Source: an uncultured bacterium
GTDB taxonomy: Bacteria; Acidobacteriota; Aminicenantia; Aminicenantales; Aminicenantaceae
Assembly (NCBI GenBank): GCA_965602945.1
Contig: CBFDBC010000003.1
Span: 1 to 47,169, forward strand
Direction of reading: 5' to 3'
Length of the DNA stretch: 47,169 nt
Translations under genes and position numbers: made by a program
Notes under the pieces: model-generated
Told to the model about the DNA's origin: nothing
Seen by the model: only the letters and a program-made list of their open reading frames with translations
Database searches by the model: none
Shown here: in pieces, positions 9,659 through 18,232 of the stretch
Layout: each line of letters opens with the position of its first letter
Numbering within the stretch: the stretch's first letter is position 1

Positions 9659-9871
9659 ATGACGAAATTTCTGGAGATAAAGTGCTTGAGCCCCGAGGAG
9701 CAGGCGAAGATCGAACAGGAGATCGACGAAGCCATCGCCCGCAGGATCGAAGAGGGGATCCTGACCGAACGCGAGATCCGGGAGATCGTCGAGATGAAAC
9801 TCCACCCTCAGCTGGATGTCCAGGATGTCCAGAGCGTCTACGAAAACCACCTGTTCAGAGACAAGAAGTGA
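9659..9871 (+). CDS. Small acidic hypothetical protein
   Basis: AAGGAAGG RBS, fits operon spacing, 70 aa. Confidence 0.65.
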   Translation: MTKFLEIKCLSPEEQAKIEQEIDEAIARRIEEGILTEREIREIVEMKLHPQLDVQDVQSVYENHLFRDKK

Positions 9872-9890
9872 CGGGTGGAGAGAGGATACC

Positions 9891-10532
9891 ATGGCAGAAG
9901 AAGACAAAAAGAAACTGGACGGATCCCACGACATCCGCATCGACTATGACGATCCCGATGTGGAGGACATCATGCGCCAGATCCGGGAAGGGATAGCGTC
10001 CCGGCCCGGGGCCGCGAACCCGGACGCGGCGGCGGAGCCGCAGCCCGAGCCTCCCTCGCCTCTGCCCCCTCCGCCTGAGCTGGAGACTCTACAGCTGTCC
10101 GGGGCGAAAAGGCTGCTGCTGAAACTCATGCGGCCCTTCTCCCCCCTCATCAAGCTTCTCATCCTGCCGGTCCATCAGGACTTCCTGGAGACCGTTCACC
10201 TGCTCGACCACACCAACCGCCGGCTGGATTTCCTGTTCAGCCGCATGGAGCTGGAGCTGGACCGCCTCGGCCGGGAGCTCGAAAGCACCGGCGATGCGAT
10301 AAACAGGAAGGCGGATGAGGCACACCAGCGGCTGGACAAGGCATTTTACAACCTGGGCCGGACCATGGAATACACGAAGCTCCTGCACAGCCTGTCTCAC
10401 AACATGGTGGTGGAGCTCAGCAAGCTGAAGATCGAAGAGGAGGACATAAAAGTCAAGGCCCGGATCCTGGAAAAGGATTTCGAGTTCCTGCGCAGCAAGG
10501 AGACGGCTCTTGAGGAACGGGTCATGAAATGA
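9891..10532 (+). CDS. Hypothetical coiled-coil protein
   Basis: GAGAGG RBS before ATG 9891; Pro-rich linker then heptad-rich helix; ATGA overlap with next gene. Confidence 0.7.
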   Translation: MAEEDKKKLDGSHDIRIDYDDPDVEDIMRQIREGIASRPGAANPDAAAEPQPEPPSPLPPPPELETLQLSGAKRLLLKLMRPFSPLIKLLILPVHQDFLETVHLLDHTNRRLDFLFSRMELELDRLGRELESTGDAINRKADEAHQRLDKAFYNLGRTMEYTKLLHSLSHNMVVELSKLKIEEEDIKVKARILEKDFEFLRSKETALEERVMK

Positions 10533-11701
10533 AGGTCGCGTTTGTGGTCCAGCGCTACGGGCTGGAGATCAACGGCGGGGCGGAACTGCACTGCCGTTGG
10601 GTGGCCGAGCACATGCGCAAGCACTGGGAGATCCATGTTCTGACGACCCGGGCCAGGGATTACATCACCTGGAAAAATCACTACACGGCCCGGCAGGAGG
10701 AGGTGAACGGGATCCCTGTGCTGCGGTTCCCGGTTGCCCGGCAGCGCGATCCCGAGCGCTTCGGTAAACTCCAGAGACGCATCCTGGAGAGCGAACATAC
10801 ACTCCAGGATGAGCTGGAGTGGTTGAAGGAAGAAGGACCGTATTCCCCGGAACTCATCGAGTACATCAGGACACACGCAGGATCGTACGACTTTTTTGTT
10901 TTCTTCAGCTACCGCTACTATCATTCCTACTGGGGCGTCCAGGCCGTTCCCCACAAGAGCATCCTGGTCCCGACCGCGGAGCGGGATGCGGTCATCCGTC
11001 TCCATTTGTTCAAGGACCTGTTCCGGGCTCCGAGGGCGTTTGTCTACAACTCGGTGGAGGAACGCGACATGATCCAAGCCCTCTCCGGAAACGTCTCCGT
11101 CGACGGCGAGGTGGTCGGCGTGGGCACTGAGATCCCGGAGGCCTATGCCGAGGAGGATTTTCGCGGCGCGTATGAACTGGGGGGGGACTACCTCATATAC
11201 ATCGGCCGCATCGATGAAAACAAGGGGTGCCGGGAGCTGTTCGACTATTTCCTGCGCTTCAAACAGGAGACCGGTTCAGACATCCGGCTGGTGCTGGTGG
11301 GCAGCAGCGTCATCAAGATCCCCCTGCATCCGGACGTCGTGTATCTGGGTTTCCTGCCCGAGCAGGAAAAGTTCGCCGCGCTTCAGGGCGCCCTTCTGCT
11401 GTGTATGCCCTCGTTCTACGAGAGCCTCTCCATGGTCACGCTGGAGGCCTGGGCCCTGGAGAAACCCGTGCTGGCCAATGCCCGCTGTGATGTTCTGCAG
11501 GGTCAGAGCCGCCGCAGCCGGGCCGGTTTGTATTACAGCGGCTATGAGGAGTTCCGGGATGCGCTCCGCCTGATGCTGGCCGACAAACGGCTCAGGCAGG
11601 CCATGGGTGTGCAGGGAAGGAGATACTTCAAAGACCATTACACGTGGGACACCATCGAAGGCAAATACCTGGACCTGGTCCGGCGCGTTGGGGCGGCTTA
11701 A
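10529..11701 (+). CDS. Glycosyltransferase family 4 (type A)
   Basis: FVVQRYG..GGAELHCR, YIGRIDENKG, PSFYESLSMVTLEA (Ex7E). Confidence 0.9.
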   Translation: MKVAFVVQRYGLEINGGAELHCRWVAEHMRKHWEIHVLTTRARDYITWKNHYTARQEEVNGIPVLRFPVARQRDPERFGKLQRRILESEHTLQDELEWLKEEGPYSPELIEYIRTHAGSYDFFVFFSYRYYHSYWGVQAVPHKSILVPTAERDAVIRLHLFKDLFRAPRAFVYNSVEERDMIQALSGNVSVDGEVVGVGTEIPEAYAEEDFRGAYELGGDYLIYIGRIDENKGCRELFDYFLRFKQETGSDIRLVLVGSSVIKIPLHPDVVYLGFLPEQEKFAALQGALLLCMPSFYESLSMVTLEAWALEKPVLANARCDVLQGQSRRSRAGLYYSGYEEFRDALRLMLADKRLRQAMGVQGRRYFKDHYTWDTIEGKYLDLVRRVGAA

Positions 11702-11703
11702 AC

Positions 11704-12771
11704 ATGGAAGTCCATCAGTTCGCCACCTCGCTCACCTACGGCGACGCCATCTCCAACGAGATGATGGAGATCCGCTCCGCGCTCCGGCAGCAGGGACTGC
11801 GCTCGGAGATTTTCGTCCGTTTCCATGACCCGCGCATGGCCCGGCATGCCCATGATTACCGGGAATACAGGCGGTTCAGCCGACCGGATAACGTCGTGAT
11901 CTTCCATTTTTCTATCGGTTCCCCCGTCTCCAAGCTCTTCTTCCGCATCCCGGACCGGAAGATCATGATCTACCACAATATCACGCCCCATACGTTTTTC
12001 CTGGATCATCACCGGATCCTGGCCCGGGAATGCTACAAGGGGCGGCTGGAGCTGAACCTGTTCAAGGACAAGGCGGACCTGGCTCTAGGAGATTCCGAAT
12101 TCAACCGCCGGGAGCTGGAGCAGGCGGGATACCCCCGGACAGGAATCCTTCCGCTCCTGCTGGACCTGACCAGGTTCGATCAACCCGGCGATCCGGTGGT
12201 GCAGAAGGTATTCGATGAGCCGAAGACGACCCTGCTGTTCGTGGGCCGGGTGATCCCCAACAAGAAGTTTGAGGATGTCATCAAGTGTTTCTACTTCTAC
12301 CAAACCCGGTTCGATCCCGAATCCCGGCTCATCCTGGCCGGAGATCATCGGGGCATGGAGCGCTACTGGGCGGGACTGCAGGGGCTGGTGGGGGATCTGG
12401 GCCTCCGGGATGTCTATTTCACCGGCCATATCCGGTTTGCAGAACTGGTCGCGTATTACAACCTGGCCGACGTCTATCTGAGCATGAGCGAGCACGAGGG
12501 CTTCGGAGTCCCACTCCTGGAGGCGTTCCACCTGGGTCTCCCCGTGGTCGCGTATGCGGCCGGGGCCGTGGAAGAGACCATGAACGGAGGGGGGATCCTC
12601 ATACGGGAAAAGGATCTTTTCCGGACGGCCGGCCTGCTGGACGTCCTGCGGCAGGACCCCCAGCGGCGGCAGGCCGTCATCGAAGCTCAGCGGGCCGCGC
12701 TGAAGCGGTATGAGAGGGACAACATCGTGCGCATTCTGAAGGAACACATCGAGCGGGTGGGGCAGGCATGA
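11704..12771 (+). CDS. Glycosyltransferase family 4 (type B)
   Basis: GDAISN, YHNITP, FVGRVIPNKK, SEHEGFGVPLLEA. Confidence 0.9.
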   Translation: MEVHQFATSLTYGDAISNEMMEIRSALRQQGLRSEIFVRFHDPRMARHAHDYREYRRFSRPDNVVIFHFSIGSPVSKLFFRIPDRKIMIYHNITPHTFFLDHHRILARECYKGRLELNLFKDKADLALGDSEFNRRELEQAGYPRTGILPLLLDLTRFDQPGDPVVQKVFDEPKTTLLFVGRVIPNKKFEDVIKCFYFYQTRFDPESRLILAGDHRGMERYWAGLQGLVGDLGLRDVYFTGHIRFAELVAYYNLADVYLSMSEHEGFGVPLLEAFHLGLPVVAYAAGAVEETMNGGGILIREKDLFRTAGLLDVLRQDPQRRQAVIEAQRAALKRYERDNIVRILKEHIERVGQA

Positions 12772-13844
12772 GGATCGACCAGCTGGTCCCGGCCTTCCAT
12801 CGCGGGGACGCCATCGGCGACACCGCGTTCCACATGAAAAAATTCCTGAACACCAGAGGTTACTCATCCGAGATCTACTGCCTGGACCGGGACCCCGGCC
12901 TGGAGAACGACTCCCGTCCTTTCGAGTCCTTCCCGATCCCGGGGCCAGGGGATGTGACCCTCCTGCATTTCGCTCTCCCGTCCCCGCTGACCTCCGCCTT
13001 TGCCGGCCTGCCCAGCCGCAAGCTGCTCCTGTACCACAACATCACGCCCGAGCGGTTCTTCGCACCCTACAGCCGGGAGATGGCGCGCATCTCGCGGTTG
13101 GGGCGGGACGAACTCCGTGCACTGGCGCCGGTGACGGATCTGGCCCTGGCCGACTCCGAGTACAACCGCCGCGAGTTGGAGACGGCCGGATTTTCCCGTA
13201 CCGAGGTTTTCCCGTTATTTGTGGATCTTGCCAAATACCGGAAACCTCACTCTAGGTTCACCTTCGACCTTTTCCGCGACGACCGCCTCAACATCCTGTT
13301 CGTCGGCCGGATCGTCCCGAACAAACGGATCGACGAGCTGATCAAGGTGGTTTTTTACTACAAAAAGTACATCTCGCCCTTGGTGCGCCTGATAGTGGTG
13401 GGGAAGACCGCGTCCCTCCCCAAATACTACGAGTCCCTGGTCCGGCTGGCGGACGAGTTCTATCTCAAACCCGAGGAGATCTGTTTAACCGGCCATATCC
13501 CCGATGAGGAGCTGTTCGCCCTCTACCGGGCTTCCGACGTCTTCCTGAGTCTGAGTGAACACGAGGGATTCGGGCTGCCTTTCATCGAGAGTATGGTGTT
13601 CGATCTGCCCATCCTGGCCTACGACTGCACGGCCGTTCCCTTCACCCTGGGGGGGGCGGGTGTTCCGATGGGCAGCAAGCCGGTGGAGCGCGTGGCGGAA
13701 CTGGCTCATGTCGTCGCAATGGATGATTCTTTGAAAAAAAAGATCCTCGAAGGACAGAGAATCCGGCTCGGGGAGTACCGCGAGCAGGATCTGGAGCGGT
13801 ATCTGCTAAAAAACCTCGAATGTTTAACCGGAGGAAACGACTAA
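12768..13844 (+). CDS. Glycosyltransferase family 4 (type B paralogue)
   Basis: GDAIGD, YHNITP, FVGRIVPNKR, SEHEGFGLPFIES. Confidence 0.9.
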   Translation: MRIDQLVPAFHRGDAIGDTAFHMKKFLNTRGYSSEIYCLDRDPGLENDSRPFESFPIPGPGDVTLLHFALPSPLTSAFAGLPSRKLLLYHNITPERFFAPYSREMARISRLGRDELRALAPVTDLALADSEYNRRELETAGFSRTEVFPLFVDLAKYRKPHSRFTFDLFRDDRLNILFVGRIVPNKRIDELIKVVFYYKKYISPLVRLIVVGKTASLPKYYESLVRLADEFYLKPEEICLTGHIPDEELFALYRASDVFLSLSEHEGFGLPFIESMVFDLPILAYDCTAVPFTLGGAGVPMGSKPVERVAELAHVVAMDDSLKKKILEGQRIRLGEYREQDLERYLLKNLECLTGGND

Positions 13845-13897
13845 ATTAATACCTTTTGGAAAAGGAAGCCAAATCCAGGCAGGCACCGATAGATAAG

Positions 13898-15082
13898 ATG
13901 AAGATCGCGTTCGTCGTACAGCGCTACGGCAAGGAAGTCATGGGCGGCTCCGAACTGCACTGCCGCCAGGTAGCGGAGCGTCTGTCCGCCCATGGATACG
14001 ACTGCACCGTTTACACCACCACGGCCAAGGACTATGTCACCTGGAAAAACGAATATCCGGCCGGGGAGAGCCTGTTGAACGGGGTGGTCGTGAAAAGGTA
14101 TCCGGTAGACAAGGAGAGAGACATCCAGGATTTCAACCGGTTTTCCGATTGGATCTTTGCCAATCCCCATTCACGTGAGGATGAGATCGACTGGATGGAC
14201 CGACAGGGTCCCTGCTGCCGGCCGCTCCTGCAGAGCCTGGAAGAGGAGCGGGCCGGGTACGACGTTTTTGTGTTTTTCACGTATCTCTACTACAACACTT
14301 ACTGGGGGCTCCAGCGCATACCCCAGCGGAAAGCGCTGGTCCCCACGGCCCATGATGAACCCGCCCTGTACCTGGACATCATGCAGGAGGTGTTCGCCGC
14401 TCCGGAGGCGTTTGTGTTCAACACGGCGGCGGAGAAGGAGATGCTCGCCCGGCGTTTTTCCTTTTCCGGGAAATACCAGGATACGGTCGGGGTGGGGGTC
14501 GAGATTCCGAAGGCAGCCGATGAGACCGCATTCCGCGAGAAGTATGACGTGCCGGGTCCCTTTCTCCTGTATGCGGGCCGCATCGAGCCCGGCAAAGGAT
14601 GCGGTGAGCTCATCGAATATTTTCTGCTGCTGGCGGAGACCCATCCGGACCTGGACCTGGTTCTGATCGGCAATCGGCTGATGGACCTCCCGGATCACCC
14701 CAGGATCCGGTACTTGGGCTTCGTGTCGCCCGAGGAAAAGAACGCAGCCATGGCCGCGGCGACAGCCACCGTCCATCCCTCCCACCTGGAGAGCCTGTGC
14801 ATGGCGGCCCTGGAATCCCTGGCGGTCCAAACCCCGATCCTGGTCCAGGGACAGACCGATCCGCTCAAACAGCACTGCCTCCAGGGAAACTGCGGGCTCT
14901 GGTACGGCGACGCCCCGGAATTCACCGCCGCCGCACACCTCCTGCTGGGGGACGCCCGTCTGCGTGATTCCCTGGGGGGGAAAGGCCTGCGGTATGTCCG
15001 CGAGAACTATGCCTGGCCCCGCATCGTTGACAAGTACGAGCGCCTCTTTTCGCACCTGACCTCTGAGGAGGCGCCGGCATGA
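13898..15082 (+). CDS. Glycosyltransferase family 4 (type A paralogue)
   Basis: [43 protein letters not shown]; start may alternatively be TTG 13856. Confidence 0.9.
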   Translation: MKIAFVVQRYGKEVMGGSELHCRQVAERLSAHGYDCTVYTTTAKDYVTWKNEYPAGESLLNGVVVKRYPVDKERDIQDFNRFSDWIFANPHSREDEIDWMDRQGPCCRPLLQSLEEERAGYDVFVFFTYLYYNTYWGLQRIPQRKALVPTAHDEPALYLDIMQEVFAAPEAFVFNTAAEKEMLARRFSFSGKYQDTVGVGVEIPKAADETAFREKYDVPGPFLLYAGRIEPGKGCGELIEYFLLLAETHPDLDLVLIGNRLMDLPDHPRIRYLGFVSPEEKNAAMAAATATVHPSHLESLCMAALESLAVQTPILVQGQTDPLKQHCLQGNCGLWYGDAPEFTAAAHLLLGDARLRDSLGGKGLRYVRENYAWPRIVDKYERLFSHLTSEEAPA

Positions 15083-15163
15083 ATATGACCGACCGGGATA
15101 GGCACCGGGGACGAGGATCATTTGACTCCGCAACTCGGATTGTGTTAAGAAAGTAAAGGACCG

Positions 15164-16189
15164 ATGGCGTTTGTAAACTACACCACCAAAAGCATTGCGA
15201 TCAAGGTCGTATACTATGGGCCCGGATTGAGCGGGAAGACCACCAACCTGCGCTACATTTACAGCAAACTGGACGATGGCTCCCGCGGTGACCTGTTGTG
15301 CCTGGAAACCCCCATCGAACGCACGCTGTTTTTCGACCTGCTGCCTATCAAGGCGGGGATGATCCACGATTTCCAGATCCACTTTCAGTTGATGACGGTC
15401 CCGGGACAGGTTTTTTACGGCGCCTCCCGCAAGAGCGTGCTCAAAGGGGCCGACGGGATCGTATTCGTGGCGGATTCCCAGATCCCGCTGCTGGATGCCA
15501 ACCTCGAAAACTTCGATGGCCTGCGCAAAAACCTGCTGGAATTCAATGTCGATCTGAATTTTATCCCCCTGATTTTTCAGTACAACAAGCGCGACCTGGA
15601 CAATCTGATCCCGGTGGAAACCTTTAACAGCCTGCTCAATCCTCTCAAACTCCCCTACGTCGAGGCCTCGGCCGTCAATGGCGTCGGTGTTTTCGAGACG
15701 CTCAAAGAGATCGCCAAGCTCACCATCCCTTACGTCAGGGAAAAGGTGTTCGGAGACAAGAAAGAGCCCAAGCCCGGACTGAATGAAGCGCAGCCGCCGG
15801 TCGGCCCGGCCATGCCTGCTGAGCCTGCGCCCATGAACACAGAACCGCCGAAGGATGCGGCACCTCAAAAGCCCGAAGGGCAGGGGGCGCCGGTTCCCGA
15901 GGAACGGGAAGCGTCCGGAGAGCCGAAGCCCGTCGTGCCGGAGGCCCCGGAACCCTCCGCGCCCGAGACTCCGGTCGAGCCACAGCCCGAGCTGCAGATG
16001 GCGCCGGAGGAGCCGGGCCCGGCCGCCCCGGAGGACCGGGGAGAGTCCGCCCAGGTCAAGGATGACCTTGAATTCGAGACGGAAGAGACGGACGCGCCGG
16101 TCCGGCTGACAAAGATCAAATTCAGCAACCAGAGCGACATCGAGAAGGAAGTCGAAAAGCTGGCCCAGGAATTCGGCGGCAAGTCCTAG
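15164..16189 (+). CDS. mglA: MglA-family small GTPase with Pro/Glu-rich C-terminal extension
   Basis: KVVYYGPGLSGKTTN, ERTLFFD, TVPGQ, DGIVFVADS, QYNKRDL. Confidence 0.85.
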   Translation: MAFVNYTTKSIAIKVVYYGPGLSGKTTNLRYIYSKLDDGSRGDLLCLETPIERTLFFDLLPIKAGMIHDFQIHFQLMTVPGQVFYGASRKSVLKGADGIVFVADSQIPLLDANLENFDGLRKNLLEFNVDLNFIPLIFQYNKRDLDNLIPVETFNSLLNPLKLPYVEASAVNGVGVFETLKEIAKLTIPYVREKVFGDKKEPKPGLNEAQPPVGPAMPAEPAPMNTEPPKDAAPQKPEGQGAPVPEEREASGEPKPVVPEAPEPSAPETPVEPQPELQMAPEEPGPAAPEDRGESAQVKDDLEFETEETDAPVRLTKIKFSNQSDIEKEVEKLAQEFGGKS

Positions 16190-16267
16190 GGCCGCTGCAA
16201 GTCCTCCATTTCCCCCAACCGTGAAAAAAATACGGGGAGCCGTGCGTCTCCTTGATTTGGATAGACT

Positions 16268-17788
16268 ATGCTCTATAAGATCGGGAGCGCTTCCCTGGCC
16301 GGCATCGATGCCTATATGGTCGAGGTGGAGGTCGATATCAACTATGGGATCCCCCAATTCGTAATTGTAGGACTGCCGGATACGGCTGTCCGTGAGAGCA
16401 AGGAACGGGTCAGGGCGGCGCTGAAGAACTGCGGGTACAGCCCCTCCCGCCTCAGGATCGTCGTCAACCTGGCCCCCGCGGACCGGAGAAAAGAGGGCTC
16501 GGCCTATGATCTTCCCATTGCCCTGGGGATCCTGGCCCATCTTGAGGCCTTCCCGCCGGAACGTCTGCAGGACTATCTATTCACGGGTGAACTGGCTCTG
16601 GACGGACGGCTGAAGCCGGGGAAGGGGCTGCTGGCCGCTGCGGTCCTGGCCCGGCGGAGAGGCTTCGAGGGGATCGTGCTGCCCCAGGAAAACGCCCGGG
16701 AAGCCGCGCTGGTGCGGGAGGTCCTTGTCTTCGCCCTGAACGACCTGGGCGAGGTCATAAGGCTGCTCAAGTCACCCGAGGATGTATCCCCCGCGGATTT
16801 TCCGGAGGCCGACCTGTATCCTCCCGTGGATTGGGATGTGGACTATGCCGAGATCCAGGGCCAGCAGCACGCCAAACGGGCGCTGGAGGTGGCCGCCGCC
16901 GGCGGACACAATGCCCTGATGATCGGTCCGCCCGGCGCAGGCAAGACCATGCTGGCCCGGCGTCTGCCTTCCATCCTTCCCCCCATGAGCTTCGAAGAGA
17001 TCCTGGAGGTCACGCGTATCTACAGCGCATCAGGCCTCCTCAAGGGCAGGGGTATGATCGGGGAGCGTCCCTTCCGCAGCCCCCATCACACCATCTCGCC
17101 GGCCGGTATGGTGGGCGGAGGATTGGTTCCCAGGCCGGGAGAGGTGAGCCTTGCCCACAGAGGGGTGCTGTTCCTGGACGAACTCCCCGAGTTCCGCAAA
17201 GAGTCCCTGGAGGGGCTGCGTCAGCCCATGGAGGACGGCTTGGTCAACATCTCCCGGATCTCCATGTGTGTGACGTATCCCTCGCTGTTCATGCTGGTGG
17301 CCGCCATGAATCCCTGTGAGGATGCCTATTCCGGCCTGTCCGCTTCCCCGATCGAATGCACCGATCAACAGAGGCTCCGGTACTATGCGAAACTCTCCCG
17401 GCCCCTCCTGGACCGTATCGACATCCAGGCCGAGGTCCCTCGTGTGGAATTCAGGGATATCCTGGGCCAGAAAACCACCGAAGGCTCGAGGGAGATTCGA
17501 AGTCGTGTGTTAGCAGCCCGCCAAAGGCAGCTCGAGCGGCTTCGAGAATCCGGCCTCCTGTGCAACGCCCAGATGCGCAACCGGGAGGTTAAACGATTCT
17601 GCCCGCTGACCCGAGACACGCGGGAGCTGCTGCAGGCCGCAGTGGACAGGCTGGGATTCAGCGCCCGGGCATTTCACCGTGTCCTCAAGGTGGCCCGGAC
17701 CATCGCCGACCTGGACGGGGCCGAGGAATTGAGTGCCGTGCATGTTTCCGAGGCTATACAGTACCGCATCCTCGACAAACAATTCTAA
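16268..17788 (+). CDS. comM: YifB/ComM Mg-chelatase-like AAA+ ATPase
   Basis: VGLPDTAVRESKERV, NLAPAD, GPPGAGKT, PFRSPHH, GEVSLAHRGVLFLDELPEF, LLDRID. Confidence 0.93.
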   Translation: MLYKIGSASLAGIDAYMVEVEVDINYGIPQFVIVGLPDTAVRESKERVRAALKNCGYSPSRLRIVVNLAPADRRKEGSAYDLPIALGILAHLEAFPPERLQDYLFTGELALDGRLKPGKGLLAAAVLARRRGFEGIVLPQENAREAALVREVLVFALNDLGEVIRLLKSPEDVSPADFPEADLYPPVDWDVDYAEIQGQQHAKRALEVAAAGGHNALMIGPPGAGKTMLARRLPSILPPMSFEEILEVTRIYSASGLLKGRGMIGERPFRSPHHTISPAGMVGGGLVPRPGEVSLAHRGVLFLDELPEFRKESLEGLRQPMEDGLVNISRISMCVTYPSLFMLVAAMNPCEDAYSGLSASPIECTDQQRLRYYAKLSRPLLDRIDIQAEVPRVEFRDILGQKTTEGSREIRSRVLAARQRQLERLRESGLLCNAQMRNREVKRFCPLTRDTRELLQAAVDRLGFSARAFHRVLKVARTIADLDGAEELSAVHVSEAIQYRILDKQF

Positions 17789-18232
17789 CTTGGATCATTC
17801 ATAAAGAATGTCGACTCCTCTGATTTGAAATCCAAAATCCAAATGTCGACATTCTTTACCCTTCGGGCGAACCGATCTCAGCACATCGACATCATCGTGG
17901 TCCAATCGCCGTAGTACACTACGACTCATGAACCACTTCCTTGTCGCTGCACCAATCTCGGCCCGTGACTGAACCAAGTGCTTGGATCATTCATAAAAGA
18001 TGCCGACCAAATTAAATTTCAACTAGCTTTTTTTTTAATTGTCGGCATCTTTTACCCTTCGGGCGCGCCGATATCATCCCATTTGCTGCGGCGAGGCAGG
18101 TTCGCAGTAGTTCACTACAGCTTCACCTACCACGCCTGGCAACTGGGCAATCTCGGCCCGTGACTGATCCAAGCGCTTGAATCATTCTTGAGGATTGAAT
18201 CTCGCCCGTGACTGATCCAGGTACCTGTATCA
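17788..18232. repeat. Tandem array of structured palindromic elements (units 17788-17979, 17980-18174, short 18175-18222, remnant 18223-18232)
   Basis: Each unit bounded by RCTTGGATCA...TGATCCAAGY; shared blocks attcataaa, tttacccttcgggcg, gtagt.cactac, caatctcggcccgtgactga; compensatory changes in a 14-bp stem. Confidence 0.88.

Noticed and set aside
14171-16540. 789-aa minus-strand ORF and other long antisense ORFs (2714-4309, 22336-23787, 27474-28826, 28486-29946)
   Set aside because: Shadow frames opposite well-supported genes in high-GC DNA; no motifs
16268-17788. comM interrupted by a mobile element
   Set aside because: ORF is full length and intact; repeats begin only at its stop codon
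17795-18163. Short ORFs of 60 and 61 aa inside the array
   Set aside because: No RBS, and reading frames are not conserved between the homologous units
17788-18232. CRISPR array
   Set aside because: Intervening segments are ~150 bp, homologous to each other and structured; only 2-3 units; no cas genes in the window
17782-18232. Integron attC sites (TAAC at the comM stop)
   Set aside because: No complementary GTTRRRY end, no cassette ORFs between units, no integrase
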